A stretch of 64,000 nt of DNA from Peptococcia bacterium (GTDB lineage Bacteria; Bacillota; Peptococcia; DRI-13; DTU073): the NCBI GenBank assembly GCA_050951585.1, contig JBMNJI010000002.1, positions 2,773 through 66,772 on the forward strand. The letters are read 5' to 3'. A program made the position numbers and the translations under genes. The notes below the pieces were generated by a model, which saw only the letters and a program-made list of their open reading frames with translations, did no database searches and was not told the DNA's origin. The first letter of the stretch is position 1, and every line of letters begins with the position of its first letter. Below are positions 23,813 to 33,480 of the stretch, in pieces.

Positions 23813-23840
23813 ATTCGACTTTGCCTGTCCATTTTCCTCC
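23813..23840 (-). promoter_or_regulatory. SigH-type promoter of the Spo0E-like gene
   Basis: Minus strand AGGA-N18-GAAT (ggAGGAaaatggacaggcaaagtcGAATt). Confidence 0.6.
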
Positions 23841-23888
23841 TTTTGGCATAAAAATATTTTTCATTTTTTTTATTTGCATACATATTCC

Positions 23889-25871
23889 TCATGCTTCATC
23901 AGATATCCGGAAAAAGTTCCATACCTGCCGGGCGGCGCTACGTCCTAAACCTTCTACTTTTTCGAGCTCTTCCAAAGAGGCCTGGCGGATTTTTTGTAAA
24001 GAAAGCCCGAAATATTTCAGGAGCGCGGCCTTCCTTTTTGGCCCTAAACCGGGAATATCGTCGAGGACTGAGGAAAGATTGCGTTTGCCCCGCAATAAAC
24101 GGTGATAAGTAATGGCAAAACGGTGCGCTTCATCCCGAAGACGCTGTAAAAGATACAAACCCTGGGCATCGCGCGGCAGAATAAGCGGTTCTTCCCGCTC
24201 CTCCAGAAAAATCCACTCCTCCTGCTTGGCCAAACCGACGGCAGGAATCCGGGCATAGCCCAATTCCCTCATCACGGCTCGCGCCGCCGAAAGCTGCCCC
24301 TTGCCCCCATCCACAACCACTAAATCGGGGAGAGGGGTAAAACGCGGGTTCCCGTTCCGCGCATTCAGAAAACGGCGCCGAATCACCTCCGCCATACTGG
24401 CAAAATCGTCCGGTCCTTCCACCGTTTTAATCCTGAAGCGGCGATACGCTGAGGGATTGGCCCGTCCCGCCTCAAAAACCACCATCGAGGCCACCGCTTC
24501 CTGCCCCTGGATATTGGAGATATCGTAGCACTCCATCCGGTGCGGCGGCTCCGCCATTTGCAGATAGCCGGCCAGTTCCTGCAAGGCCTGTTCGTGATGC
24601 TTCCGCTTTTCCTCCCTGATGTTGTGCTCCCGCTGCAGATTTTCCCGGGCATTTTTCGCCGCTAGGGCCAATAACTCCTTTTTATGACCGCGCCGGGCCA
24701 CCCTTAACACGACTTTACTGCCTCTTTTTTCCTTCAGCCAGGCTTCCACAAGCTCCTGCTCTCCTTGCTCGGTCAGCTTATTATGCTCTTCCTGGACCTC
24801 TTGTTCACTCCATTCCTCAGCTACCTCAGGCTTTTGCTCTTCCTTATAATCTATCGCTTCCGCCTCCGCCGCCTCAGGCTCTTTCTGTTCCTCAAGCCTT
24901 TCCGGAAGGATGATCTGCGGTGGAATAAATTCGGCGCGATGATAATACTGCTGCAAAAAAGCAAGCAGGATCTCCCGCCCCTCCATCTCCTGCACACCTT
25001 CAAGGAGGAAATAGTCACTGCCGGACACTTTTCCGGCTCTGACAAAGAGAACCTGGACACAGGCTAACTGGGTTTCGCGGGCGTAATGCAAAACGTCATA
25101 ATCCTCCTGACTGCCCGAAGAGACGATCTTCTGTTTTTCGATGACTGTCTCTATCGCCTGCAGCTGATCACGCAATTCAGCCGCCTTTTCGAAATTCAGC
25201 TCTTCAGAGGCCTTCTGCATCCTTTTTTTCAGCTTTTTCGCCAGTGCTTCCTGCCGCCCCTCTAAAAAGAGGCAGACCTCGTCAATCATTTTCCGGTAAT
25301 CCTCCGCGCTGATTAAGCCCTGACAAGGCGCGGCGCACCGTTTGATATGCGCATTCAGACAGGCCCGTTCCTGATGCTTAAAACTCGCCTGCTTGCACGA
25401 GCGCAGGGGAAAAACCCGCTTCAACAGCCTGAGCGTCTCATGGACAGCGGTGGCATTGGTGTATGGCCCAAAATAGCGGGAGCCGTCACGATGTACAGTC
25501 CGGGCAATCTCCAGCCGGGGGAATTTCTCCTGTACCGTAACCCTCAGATAGGGATAGTTTTTGTCATCCATCAACCGAATATTATACTTCGGCTTGTATT
25601 TTTTAATCAGGTTGCTCTCGAGGATAAGCGCTTCCACCTCAGAGTCCGTCACAATATATTCCAGATCCCGAATCCTCTTCACCAGGACCCGGGTCTTTGG
25701 AGCATTATTCTGCTGGCCGGAAAAATAGGACCTGACCCTGTTTTTCAGATTAATGGCCTTGCCCACATAAATAATCTTGCCCTGATCATCCTTAAACAGG
25801 TAAACCCCGGGCAGCGTAGGCAACAGCCTTAATTTTCCCTCCAACCGTGCCTCCACTTTTTCTTCCGGCAT
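23889..25871 (-). CDS. uvrC: Excinuclease ABC subunit C
   Basis: PGVY..YVGKA GIY-YIG, ECYDISN, DGGKGQ, RDEAHRFAI, C-terminal HhH. Confidence 0.97.
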   Translation of the reverse strand: MPEEKVEARLEGKLRLLPTLPGVYLFKDDQGKIIYVGKAINLKNRVRSYFSGQQNNAPKTRVLVKRIRDLEYIVTDSEVEALILESNLIKKYKPKYNIRLMDDKNYPYLRVTVQEKFPRLEIARTVHRDGSRYFGPYTNATAVHETLRLLKRVFPLRSCKQASFKHQERACLNAHIKRCAAPCQGLISAEDYRKMIDEVCLFLEGRQEALAKKLKKRMQKASEELNFEKAAELRDQLQAIETVIEKQKIVSSGSQEDYDVLHYARETQLACVQVLFVRAGKVSGSDYFLLEGVQEMEGREILLAFLQQYYHRAEFIPPQIILPERLEEQKEPEAAEAEAIDYKEEQKPEVAEEWSEQEVQEEHNKLTEQGEQELVEAWLKEKRGSKVVLRVARRGHKKELLALAAKNARENLQREHNIREEKRKHHEQALQELAGYLQMAEPPHRMECYDISNIQGQEAVASMVVFEAGRANPSAYRRFRIKTVEGPDDFASMAEVIRRRFLNARNGNPRFTPLPDLVVVDGGKGQLSAARAVMRELGYARIPAVGLAKQEEWIFLEEREEPLILPRDAQGLYLLQRLRDEAHRFAITYHRLLRGKRNLSSVLDDIPGLGPKRKAALLKYFGLSLQKIRQASLEELEKVEGLGRSAARQVWNFFRISDEA

Positions 25872-26050
25872 CCTCCTAATCCCCCCTCCGCATCCTATCT
25901 CCAAGTCACGCTCTACTGCCAGATACCATCATCGCCATCGATGCACTACTTGTACTCCTTATCCAATCTCCAATCCCCACCTTACTGCCGGTCCGACAGG
26001 GCTTCCCGCAGACGCCTTCCGGTTCCCGTAGTTCACGATCTCCCCTTTTC

Positions 26051-28879
26051 TTACTGCAAGTCCGGCAGGACCTTCCGCAGATACTGTCCCGTGTAGCTGA
26101 CCGGATTCCGGGCAATCTCCTCCGGTGTCCCTACGGCAATGATCTGACCGCCCTTATCCCCGCCTTCGGGTCCCAGATCAAGGCAATAATCCGCCGTCTT
26201 AATCACATCAAGATTATGCTCAATCACCACGACCGTATCACCGTTGTCCACCAGCTGTTCCAACACCTTCAGCAGCTTATGGATATCGGCAATATGCAAG
26301 CCGGTTGTGGGTTCGTCCAGGATATAGAGCGTCTTTCCGGTAGAACGCCGGCTTAACTCTGTCGCCAGCTTCACCCGCTGTGCCTCGCCGCCCGAGAGGG
26401 TTGTGGCCGACTGCCCCAGCCGGATATAGCCTAAACCCACATCCTGCATGGTTTTCAGTTTACGGTAGATCTTCGGCTGGTTCCGGAAAAACTCCGCCGC
26501 CTCATCTACCGTCATATCCAGGACCTGGGCGATGGATTTTCCTTTGTATTTTACCTCCAGCGTTTCCCGGTTATATCTCTTCCCTTTGCAGACCTCGCAA
26601 GGCACATAGACATCCGGCAGAAAATGCATTTCAATCTTGATAATCCCGTCCCCGGTGCAGGCCTCGCAGCGGCCGCCCCGCACATTAAAGCTGAACCTGC
26701 CCGCCTTATATCCTCTCATGCGGGCTTCGGGGGTCTGCGCATAAACCTCCCTGATGGAGTCAAACACCCCGGTATACGTGGCGGGATTAGAACGCGGTGT
26801 CCGCCCAATCGGCGACTGGTCAATATTAATGACCTTATCCAGATACTCCACTCCTTCAATCTTATCGTGCGCCCCGCCTTTGGCGCGGGCCCTGTTTAAC
26901 TCATGGGCCAGCGTTTTGTAGAGAATCTCGTTGATTAACGAACTTTTCCCGGAACCCGAAACTCCGGTAATACAGGTAAAAACATTTAACGGCAGCGCCG
27001 CGTCAATATTCTTCAGATTGTTCTCCCGCGCCCCTTTGATTACCAGCCACTTACCGTTGGGCTTTTTCCGCACGGCAGGCACAGGAATCGCTTTCCGTCC
27101 GCTCAAATATGCGCCGGTGACCGACCCTTCCGCCTGCCTGATCTCTTCCACTGTCCCCTGCGCCACCACTTCCCCACCGTGCACTCCGGCCCCCGGGCCA
27201 ATATCGATGATATGGTCGGCCGCATACATCATCTCTTCGTCATGTTCGACCACCAAGACAGTGTTTCCCAGATCCCGCAACGATTCCAGGGTTTTGATCA
27301 ACCTGTTGTTATCGCGCTGATGCAGGCCAATAGATGGTTCGTCCAAAATATATAACACCCCGACCAGGCTTGAGCCGATCTGGGTGGCCAGCCTGATACG
27401 CTGTGCCTCCCCGCCGGATAAAGTACCGGCCGCACGATGCAGCGTCACATAATCAAGCCCCACATTCACCAGAAAGCCTAACCGTTGACGGATCTCCTTT
27501 AGTATTTGGCGGGCAATATACTGTTCCCGCTCCGTCAACTGCAGGGAGCAGATAAAGTCCAGGGCTTCCCCTACCGAAAGGCTCGTCACCTCCCAGATAT
27601 TCCTGCCCTGAATGGTCACCGCCAGGCTTTCCTCCCGTAGTCTCGCGCCTTTGCAGCGCGGGCAGGGAATACTGCTCATATATGATTCGATATCCTGACG
27701 GGCGTAATCCGACTGCGTCTCCCGATGCCGCCGCTCTAGCGTGGGAATAACCCCTTCGTAAGTAGAATCAAATACCCGTAAATCACCATTGCTGTTGCAA
27801 TAGCGAAAACGAATCTTTTCATTGCCTGTCCCGTACAAAATCAGCTGCTTTTCCTCCGCGGTCAAATCACGGAAGGGCTTCGTCATGGAAATATCATGCT
27901 GTTTGGTCACCGCCCCCAGCATCCCTTGATACCATAAAGCCGTCGGTCTGTTCCAGGGCTGGATTGCTCCTTCCTCCAGCGACTTTCCGGTATCCGGGAT
28001 GACCAAATCGGGATCAATCTCCATCTTCATCCCCAGCCCGCTACACTCCGGACAGGCTCCATAGGGATTATTGAAAGAAAACATCCGCGGCGTAATTTCC
28101 TCAAAACTGATTCCGCAATCCACACAGGCAAAATTCTCACTGAAGAGGATTTCCTCCTGGCCCATAATATCGGCGGTGACAAGCCCCCCGGCCAGCTTCA
28201 TGGCCATCTCCAGCGAATCAGCCAGGCGTTTTTCCTGCCCGGGACGAATGATAATCCGGTCGACAACCACCTCAATGGTGTGCTTCTTATTCTTGTCCAG
28301 CTTAAACTCTTCAGTGGCTTCCCGTATTTCCCCATCGACCCGCACCCGGACGTACCCGTCCTTGCGAATCTGCTCGAACACCTTCTGGTATTCCCCTTTG
28401 CGTCCTCTCACCAAAGGTGCCAGAATCTGCAGGCGTGTTCCTTCCGGATAGGTCAGCAATTGGTCAACAATCTGCTCCACCGTCTGTTGCTTAATCGGCT
28501 GTCCGCATTTATAGCAGTGCACCCGGCCAATCCGCGCATAAAGCAGCCGCAGATAATCATAAATCTCGGTTACGGTGCCCACCGTAGAACGGGGGTTGTT
28601 GCTGGTGGTTTTCTGATCAATGGAAATGGCCGGCGACAAGCCCCCGATAAAATCCACATCGGGCTTATCCATCTGCCCCAAAAACTGCCGGGCGTAAGCG
28701 GACAAAGACTCCACATACCGCCGCTGACCCTCGGCATAAATCGTATCAAAGGCCAGTGATGATTTGCCGGAGCCGCTTAGCCCCGTAAGCACTACCAGCT
28801 TGTCCCGCGGTATCTCCAGATTAATATTTTTTAAATTATGGGAGCGTGCCCCCCGAATAATAATTTTATCTGTTGCCAT
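26051..28879 (-). CDS. uvrA: Excinuclease ABC subunit A
   Basis: Two ABC cassettes ([26 protein letters not shown] x2) and zinc fingers. Confidence 0.99.
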   Translation of the reverse strand: MATDKIIIRGARSHNLKNINLEIPRDKLVVLTGLSGSGKSSLAFDTIYAEGQRRYVESLSAYARQFLGQMDKPDVDFIGGLSPAISIDQKTTSNNPRSTVGTVTEIYDYLRLLYARIGRVHCYKCGQPIKQQTVEQIVDQLLTYPEGTRLQILAPLVRGRKGEYQKVFEQIRKDGYVRVRVDGEIREATEEFKLDKNKKHTIEVVVDRIIIRPGQEKRLADSLEMAMKLAGGLVTADIMGQEEILFSENFACVDCGISFEEITPRMFSFNNPYGACPECSGLGMKMEIDPDLVIPDTGKSLEEGAIQPWNRPTALWYQGMLGAVTKQHDISMTKPFRDLTAEEKQLILYGTGNEKIRFRYCNSNGDLRVFDSTYEGVIPTLERRHRETQSDYARQDIESYMSSIPCPRCKGARLREESLAVTIQGRNIWEVTSLSVGEALDFICSLQLTEREQYIARQILKEIRQRLGFLVNVGLDYVTLHRAAGTLSGGEAQRIRLATQIGSSLVGVLYILDEPSIGLHQRDNNRLIKTLESLRDLGNTVLVVEHDEEMMYAADHIIDIGPGAGVHGGEVVAQGTVEEIRQAEGSVTGAYLSGRKAIPVPAVRKKPNGKWLVIKGARENNLKNIDAALPLNVFTCITGVSGSGKSSLINEILYKTLAHELNRARAKGGAHDKIEGVEYLDKVINIDQSPIGRTPRSNPATYTGVFDSIREVYAQTPEARMRGYKAGRFSFNVRGGRCEACTGDGIIKIEMHFLPDVYVPCEVCKGKRYNRETLEVKYKGKSIAQVLDMTVDEAAEFFRNQPKIYRKLKTMQDVGLGYIRLGQSATTLSGGEAQRVKLATELSRRSTGKTLYILDEPTTGLHIADIHKLLKVLEQLVDNGDTVVVIEHNLDVIKTADYCLDLGPEGGDKGGQIIAVGTPEEIARNPVSYTGQYLRKVLPDLQ

Positions 28880-28922
28880 TCTCTTTCTTCCCGCCTTCTT
28901 AATCTGTGTGACAATAACCTGC

Positions 28923-29243
28923 CTACTGCACTACCACCGCTGTACCCGAAGCAGTGACCATGAGCATATTGCCCCCTTGCCCCAATACTTCGTAATCGAT
29001 ATCCACGCCTACCACGGCATTACCACCAATCATTTCAGCCCGCTTTGCCAGTTCTTCCAAAGCCTTATTGCGTGCTTCAATCAGTTCTCCTTCATAAGAA
29101 CCCGACCTGCCGCCGAAAAAATTCGTTAAACCTGCGGCAAAATCCTTCAGAAAATTAACACCGGTGATCACCTCACCAAAAACGACCCCTTTATACTCGA
29201 TAATTCTTTTCCCTTCGATACCTGGTGTTGTCGTAATAATCAT
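28923..29243 (-). CDS. YbjQ/UPF0145 family protein
   Basis: [11 protein letters not shown]...GGRS..YE..L..AR...[13 protein letters not shown]...SGTAV. Confidence 0.92.
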   Translation of the reverse strand: MIITTTPGIEGKRIIEYKGVVFGEVITGVNFLKDFAAGLTNFFGGRSGSYEGELIEARNKALEELAKRAEMIGGNAVVGVDIDYEVLGQGGNMLMVTASGTAVVVQ

Positions 29244-29309
29244 TTTTACAGCCCCCTTTTTCATATTTTCCGTTTATGCTCTTCTGTTGCCTCTTCGCAT
29301 TGTCTGTTT

Positions 29310-31286
29310 TTAGCCCAACTCGGCTTTCAGCTCGATCAACAAGTCGCGCAGTTCGGCTGCCCGCTCGAATTCCAGCCCCCGGGCCGCTTCCTTCATCTCT
29401 TTCTCCAAACGCCGCACCAGCTTTTTCAGTTCTTCCTTCGGCATCCTGCCCGGATCAAGCTTGTACTCCTCCTGTGTTTCCGCGGCTAAAGTCGCTTCAA
29501 TGACATCCCGCACCCCTTTTTGCACGGTCTGCGGAATAATCCCGTGTTCTTCATTAAAAGCCTGCTGAATCTTGCGGCGGCGGTTCGTCTCGTCAATCGC
29601 CTTCCGCATGGAGTCCGTGAGCACATCGGCATACATGATGACCTGCCCGTGGACATTACGGGCGGCCCGCCCAATCGTCTGAATCAGTGACCGTTCCGAG
29701 CGCAGGAACCCTTCCTTATCCGCATCCAGAATCGCCACCAGCGATACTTCAGGCAAATCCAAGCCTTCCCGCAGTAAGTTAATCCCCACCAGCACGTCAA
29801 ACACACCCAGACGCAAATCACGGATAATCTGCATGCGCTCCAGGGTTTTGATCTCCGAATGAAGATACCGGACTTTGATGCCCATTTCCCGCAAATAATC
29901 GGTTAAATCCTCGGCCATCTTCTTGGTCAGCGTGGTAATCAACACCCGTTCCTGCCGGTCCACCCTGTTTTTGAGCTCCTCAAGCAGATTATCCATCTGC
30001 CCTTTGATCGGTCGGACAAAGATCTCCGGATCAAGGAGTCCGGTAGGCCGGATGATCTGTTCCACCACCGCTCCGCTCCTGGATAATTCGTATTCCCCGG
30101 GGGTCGCCGAAAGACAGACCACTTGCCCAATCCTTTGCTCAAACTCATTAAAGCGCAAGGGGCGGTTATCCAGTGCCGAGGGCAGCCGGAAACCGTGCTC
30201 GACCAGTGTCTCCTTCCGTGAACGATCCCCCACGTACATCGCCCCGATTTGCGGAATTGTCGCATGGGATTCATCAATCATCACGAGAAAATCGGGCGGG
30301 AAAAAATCCAGCAGCGTATAAGGACTTTCGCCCGGTTTCCGCCCCGTTAAATGCCGCGAATAATTCTCAATCCCCGTGCAAAAACCCACCTCCCGGATCA
30401 TTTCCAGGTCGTAGCGCGTTCTTTGCTCCAGTCTTTGGGCTTCGAGCAGTTTGTTTTGCCGGTTGAGAACAGCAAGCCGCTCTTCTAGCTCCTCTTCAAT
30501 CGTGGCAATGGCCCGCTCCCTGATTTCCTTGCCTGTCACATAATGGCTTGCCGGAAAAATCATTACATGATTCCGCTGGGCCAGCACTTCCCCGGTGAGG
30601 GTATCTACTTCCACGATCCGCTCAATCTCATCGCCAAAGAGCTCTACCCGGATTGCTTTTTCCCCGTAGGAAACAGGGAATATTTCCACCACATCGCCCC
30701 GGACCCGAAAGGTGCCGCGGGTAAAATTCAGGTCATTGCGGTCATATTGAATATCGGTCAGACGCCTCAATATAAAATCCCGTTCCACCGTCTGTCCCTG
30801 CCGTAAGGAAAGGGACTGATCCCGGTATTCCTCCGGTGAGCCCAAACCATAGATACACGACACACTGGCTACAACAATCACGTCCCGCCGTTCAAAGAGC
30901 GCGGCCGTCGCGGAATGACGGAGCTTTTCAATCTCCTCGTTAATCGAAGAATCTTTTTCGATATAGGTATCGCTGGACGGCACATATGCCTCCGGCTGAT
31001 AATAGTCGTAATAACTGACGAAATACTCTACCGCATTATCCGGAAAAAACTCCTTAAACTCACTGCACAACTGGGCCGCCAGCGTTTTATTATGGGCAAT
31101 GACCAGCGTAGGCCGTTGCACCCGCTGGATAACCTGTGCCATAGTATATGTTTTGCCTGTCCCGGTCGCCCCCAGCAGCACTTGCAGCGGCATCCCCTTC
31201 TCCAGATTCCCGGCAAGAGCCTCAATCGCCCTGGGTTGATCCCCCCGGGGCCGGTATTCGGAAACCAGATTGAATTTTTGCTCCAT
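29310..31286 (-). CDS. uvrB: Excinuclease ABC subunit B
   Basis: [32 protein letters not shown]-terminal UVR domain. Confidence 0.99.
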   Translation of the reverse strand: MEQKFNLVSEYRPRGDQPRAIEALAGNLEKGMPLQVLLGATGTGKTYTMAQVIQRVQRPTLVIAHNKTLAAQLCSEFKEFFPDNAVEYFVSYYDYYQPEAYVPSSDTYIEKDSSINEEIEKLRHSATAALFERRDVIVVASVSCIYGLGSPEEYRDQSLSLRQGQTVERDFILRRLTDIQYDRNDLNFTRGTFRVRGDVVEIFPVSYGEKAIRVELFGDEIERIVEVDTLTGEVLAQRNHVMIFPASHYVTGKEIRERAIATIEEELEERLAVLNRQNKLLEAQRLEQRTRYDLEMIREVGFCTGIENYSRHLTGRKPGESPYTLLDFFPPDFLVMIDESHATIPQIGAMYVGDRSRKETLVEHGFRLPSALDNRPLRFNEFEQRIGQVVCLSATPGEYELSRSGAVVEQIIRPTGLLDPEIFVRPIKGQMDNLLEELKNRVDRQERVLITTLTKKMAEDLTDYLREMGIKVRYLHSEIKTLERMQIIRDLRLGVFDVLVGINLLREGLDLPEVSLVAILDADKEGFLRSERSLIQTIGRAARNVHGQVIMYADVLTDSMRKAIDETNRRRKIQQAFNEEHGIIPQTVQKGVRDVIEATLAAETQEEYKLDPGRMPKEELKKLVRRLEKEMKEAARGLEFERAAELRDLLIELKAELG

Positions 31287-31382
31287 ATCTCTTCACTTCC
31301 GTTTGCTACAATATAAATAATATAATGTGGTACCTAAGCAATGGTATATTATATCATACATCAGAATACAATAGTAAATGGC

Positions 31383-31430
31383 TGTGGTCACCGTGGTCAC
31401 CTTGACTACTGTGGCTACATATTATATAAT
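31383..31430 (+). promoter_or_regulatory. SigA promoter with four tandem 9-bp operator-like repeats
   Basis: TTGACT (31402-31407)-N17-TATAAT (31425-31430); repeats tgtggtcac/cgtggtcac/cttgactac/tgtggctac at 31383-31418 overlap the -35. Confidence 0.8.
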
Positions 31431-31475
31431 GAAAGTGAGGTTATTGGTATGAATTTTGATAAGGAGGAAAAGAAT

Positions 31476-31910
31476 ATGTCAATTTCCATACCACAATACA
31501 ATATTCGAGAAACAAAAATGCGCTATTCAGAGCTCAACAATATCGCCCTAAAAGGTATCGAAGTAATTACTTATAATGCCAACAACGAAACAGAAAAAGT
31601 ATCTCACATCAAGACAGCCTATCTCGACAAACTCTTAAACAGTCTTTCTTTTGCCCCTTCAGAAGAACTTGATGAAGAACTAGGAATATATACTGTTTCA
31701 CTCAACGAAATTGATCTTTATGGTGAGGGAAATACTCTTGAAGCGGCTATTGAAGATCTGATTGATAGTATTATTCAGTATCTCGTAATCTATGTCGAAA
31801 AAATTGACCTTTTTTCAAAAGTCGAATCAGAAACAAAACAGCTGTATCTGTTAAAACTCCTTAGGTGTAACGGTGATCGAAAAATGATTAAGAAAGTGAT
31901 TGGTTACTGA
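31476..31910 (+). CDS. Putative antitoxin: N-terminal Phd/YefM-like domain fused to a HicB-like domain
   Basis: YNIRETKMRYSELNNIALKGIEVIT is Phd-like; YTVSLNEIDLYGEGNTLEAAIEDL is HicB-like. Start ATG 31476 after AAGGAGG; stop overlaps next start (TGATG). Confidence 0.7.
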   Translation: MSISIPQYNIRETKMRYSELNNIALKGIEVITYNANNETEKVSHIKTAYLDKLLNSLSFAPSEELDEELGIYTVSLNEIDLYGEGNTLEAAIEDLIDSIIQYLVIYVEKIDLFSKVESETKQLYLLKLLRCNGDRKMIKKVIGY

Positions 31911-32149
31911 TGCCTATTAGATTTTGCCAGGGGCAAATAAAAAAACTCCTTACTCATTTTAACATGAAACCGGAAAAAGGTTCGAACATATATATGGGAA
32001 TCGGAAAAGATGGTATATGGAGAACATGCAAATTTGATTTCCATAAAAATAACGCACCCATTGCAACCGGAACGGCTAAAGTTATTGCAACATCGTTAAA
32101 ATTCAAAAGTGTCCTTGAAATGAAGGAATTTATCGACAAGAATCTGTGA
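31910..32149 (+). CDS. Putative HicA-like toxin (divergent)
   Basis: 79 aa, basic; IKKLL..F......GS.I and H....I.TGT...I...L pattern typical of the HicA dsRBD-like fold; translationally coupled to the upstream gene. Confidence 0.6.
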   Translation: MPIRFCQGQIKKLLTHFNMKPEKGSNIYMGIGKDGIWRTCKFDFHKNNAPIATGTAKVIATSLKFKSVLEMKEFIDKNL

Positions 32150-32153
32150 TTGG

Positions 32154-32187
32154 AACGACCTCATGCAGTTGAGGTCGTTATTTTTTT
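32154..32187 (+). terminator. Intrinsic terminator closing the TA operon
   Basis: AACGACCTCA-tgcagt-TGAGGTCGTT followed by ATTTTTTT. Confidence 0.8.
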
Positions 32188-33471
32188 CTGCGTTTGGTTA
32201 TCTTCCGCCACCACTTTTTTAAGAGGCTGTGCGAGGTCGCCGCATACAAAAATCTGCTCGCATCCCATGCCGGTACGGGAACATGCCCGAGCGGCTTCTC
32301 CCTCCCGGCAAGCTACCGTGGTGTGCCTCTTTTCGCTATCCGCAGCCGCAAAATACAACAGGTCATGTTGCGCCACGATTTTCCCGTCCCGCCGCATCGT
32401 CTTAACCCCTGCCGCAAGGGCTTCCCGCAATTCACGCTCATGATGCACAGCCTGCCCGTTCACCGCCAAAAGGATATCCCCTGAACGCACCTGCGCTTTA
32501 GCTAACGGAGTGCCTGCCCACACATGAAGAAGCTTTAACCCTTCTTCCACCCCCACATAAAGGGGCCGCTCTCCCCTTTCTCTGCGCCGCTCCAGGTGGA
32601 TAAGCGCCTCATGCCCCAGCGGCCCGAACAGCGCCGCCGCATACGCAAACACCTTCACATGCCCTGCGGCAATAGCTAACAGGAGTAGCACAATACTGAA
32701 CGCCGCCAATTCCCCCGCCGTCCGCCTGGTTTTCTCCCGGGGGGTGGTTGTGGTGGCGATATCGCCATAACCCAACACTGCCGGCACCGCCAACATGCTG
32801 TAAACCACCTCATTACCGTCTCCCACGCCGCTAAAACCTGCTTTAATTAACGGCCACCAGTCGGGCATATCGATTAACCCTTTCAGGACCTCCGGATCGG
32901 GATACAAGCCCGCAAAAAAGACCACCAAAGGTAGCGGCCAGAACTTTTGCAGGTTAAAGCCACCCACGACCTCGCCCCGGGGATTGGAAACATAAACGGG
33001 AAAAAGATAGATGCTCCCCGTCAAATAGATCAGCAACGCCTCAATTAAATGTAAAACGGCCACCAGCGCCATGACCTGCGCCACACTAAACCCTTGTGGA
33101 AAACCAAACACCAAATGCAGTACGGAAAGCACGCCCCCCGCATACGCAAAACACAAAAAACGCTGTTGAATAAGCATTAAAACCAGCGCCGTAAAAAATA
33201 AGGAGAGTCCGCCCAGTTCATTCACCGAGACTCCCACGAATACAAGCAAAAGGCTCCCGATAAAGCCACCGCCTATGCCCGATAGAATGGCCAATAAAAC
33301 AACACGCCGGATCAAATCTCCCGGCGTTTCAAACAAATAGCGCGAAGCAACCCCCATCTTGCGGTAGAGATTTACTACCACGGCGATAAATATCCAGAAA
33401 AACGGGTTCACGATGATGCTGATAAAGCTTTTGCCTATTAACGGTAAAAGTTCGCTTAATGGAAACATCAT
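32161..33471 (-). CDS. minJ: MinJ/YvjD-like multi-TM protein with C-terminal PDZ domain (probable frameshift near 32295)
   Basis: RFLCFAYAGG, VGGFNLQKFWPLPL, LGYGD motifs and PDZ-like GDILLAVNG; position between ctpB and uvrB as in B. subtilis. Confidence 0.75.
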   Translation of the reverse strand: MMFPLSELLPLIGKSFISIIVNPFFWIFIAVVVNLYRKMGVASRYLFETPGDLIRRVVLLAILSGIGGGFIGSLLLVFVGVSVNELGGLSLFFTALVLMLIQQRFLCFAYAGGVLSVLHLVFGFPQGFSVAQVMALVAVLHLIEALLIYLTGSIYLFPVYVSNPRGEVVGGFNLQKFWPLPLVVFFAGLYPDPEVLKGLIDMPDWWPLIKAGFSGVGDGNEVVYSMLAVPAVLGYGDIATTTTPREKTRRTAGELAAFSIVLLLLAIAAGHVKVFAYAAALFGPLGHEALIHLERRRERGERPLYVGVEEGLKLLHVWAGTPLAKAQVRSGDILLAVNGQAVHHERELREALAAGVKTMRRDGKIVAQHDLLYFAAADSEKRHTTVACREGEAARACSRTGMGCEQIFVCGDLAQPLKKVVAEDNQTQKKITTSTA

Positions 33472-33480
33472 TTTTTCCCT

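Noticed and set aside
24760-24895. Intein in UvrC (and similarly in RF2)
   Set aside because: Too short and lacks Cys/Ser start and His-Asn end.
25872-26050. 180-nt uvrA-uvrC spacer as a riboswitch or small gene
   Set aside because: No convincing stem, known motif or RBS-led ORF found.
31341-31475. Longer N-terminus of the antitoxin ORF
   Set aside because: Covers the promoter/operator; the strong RBS points to ATG 31476.
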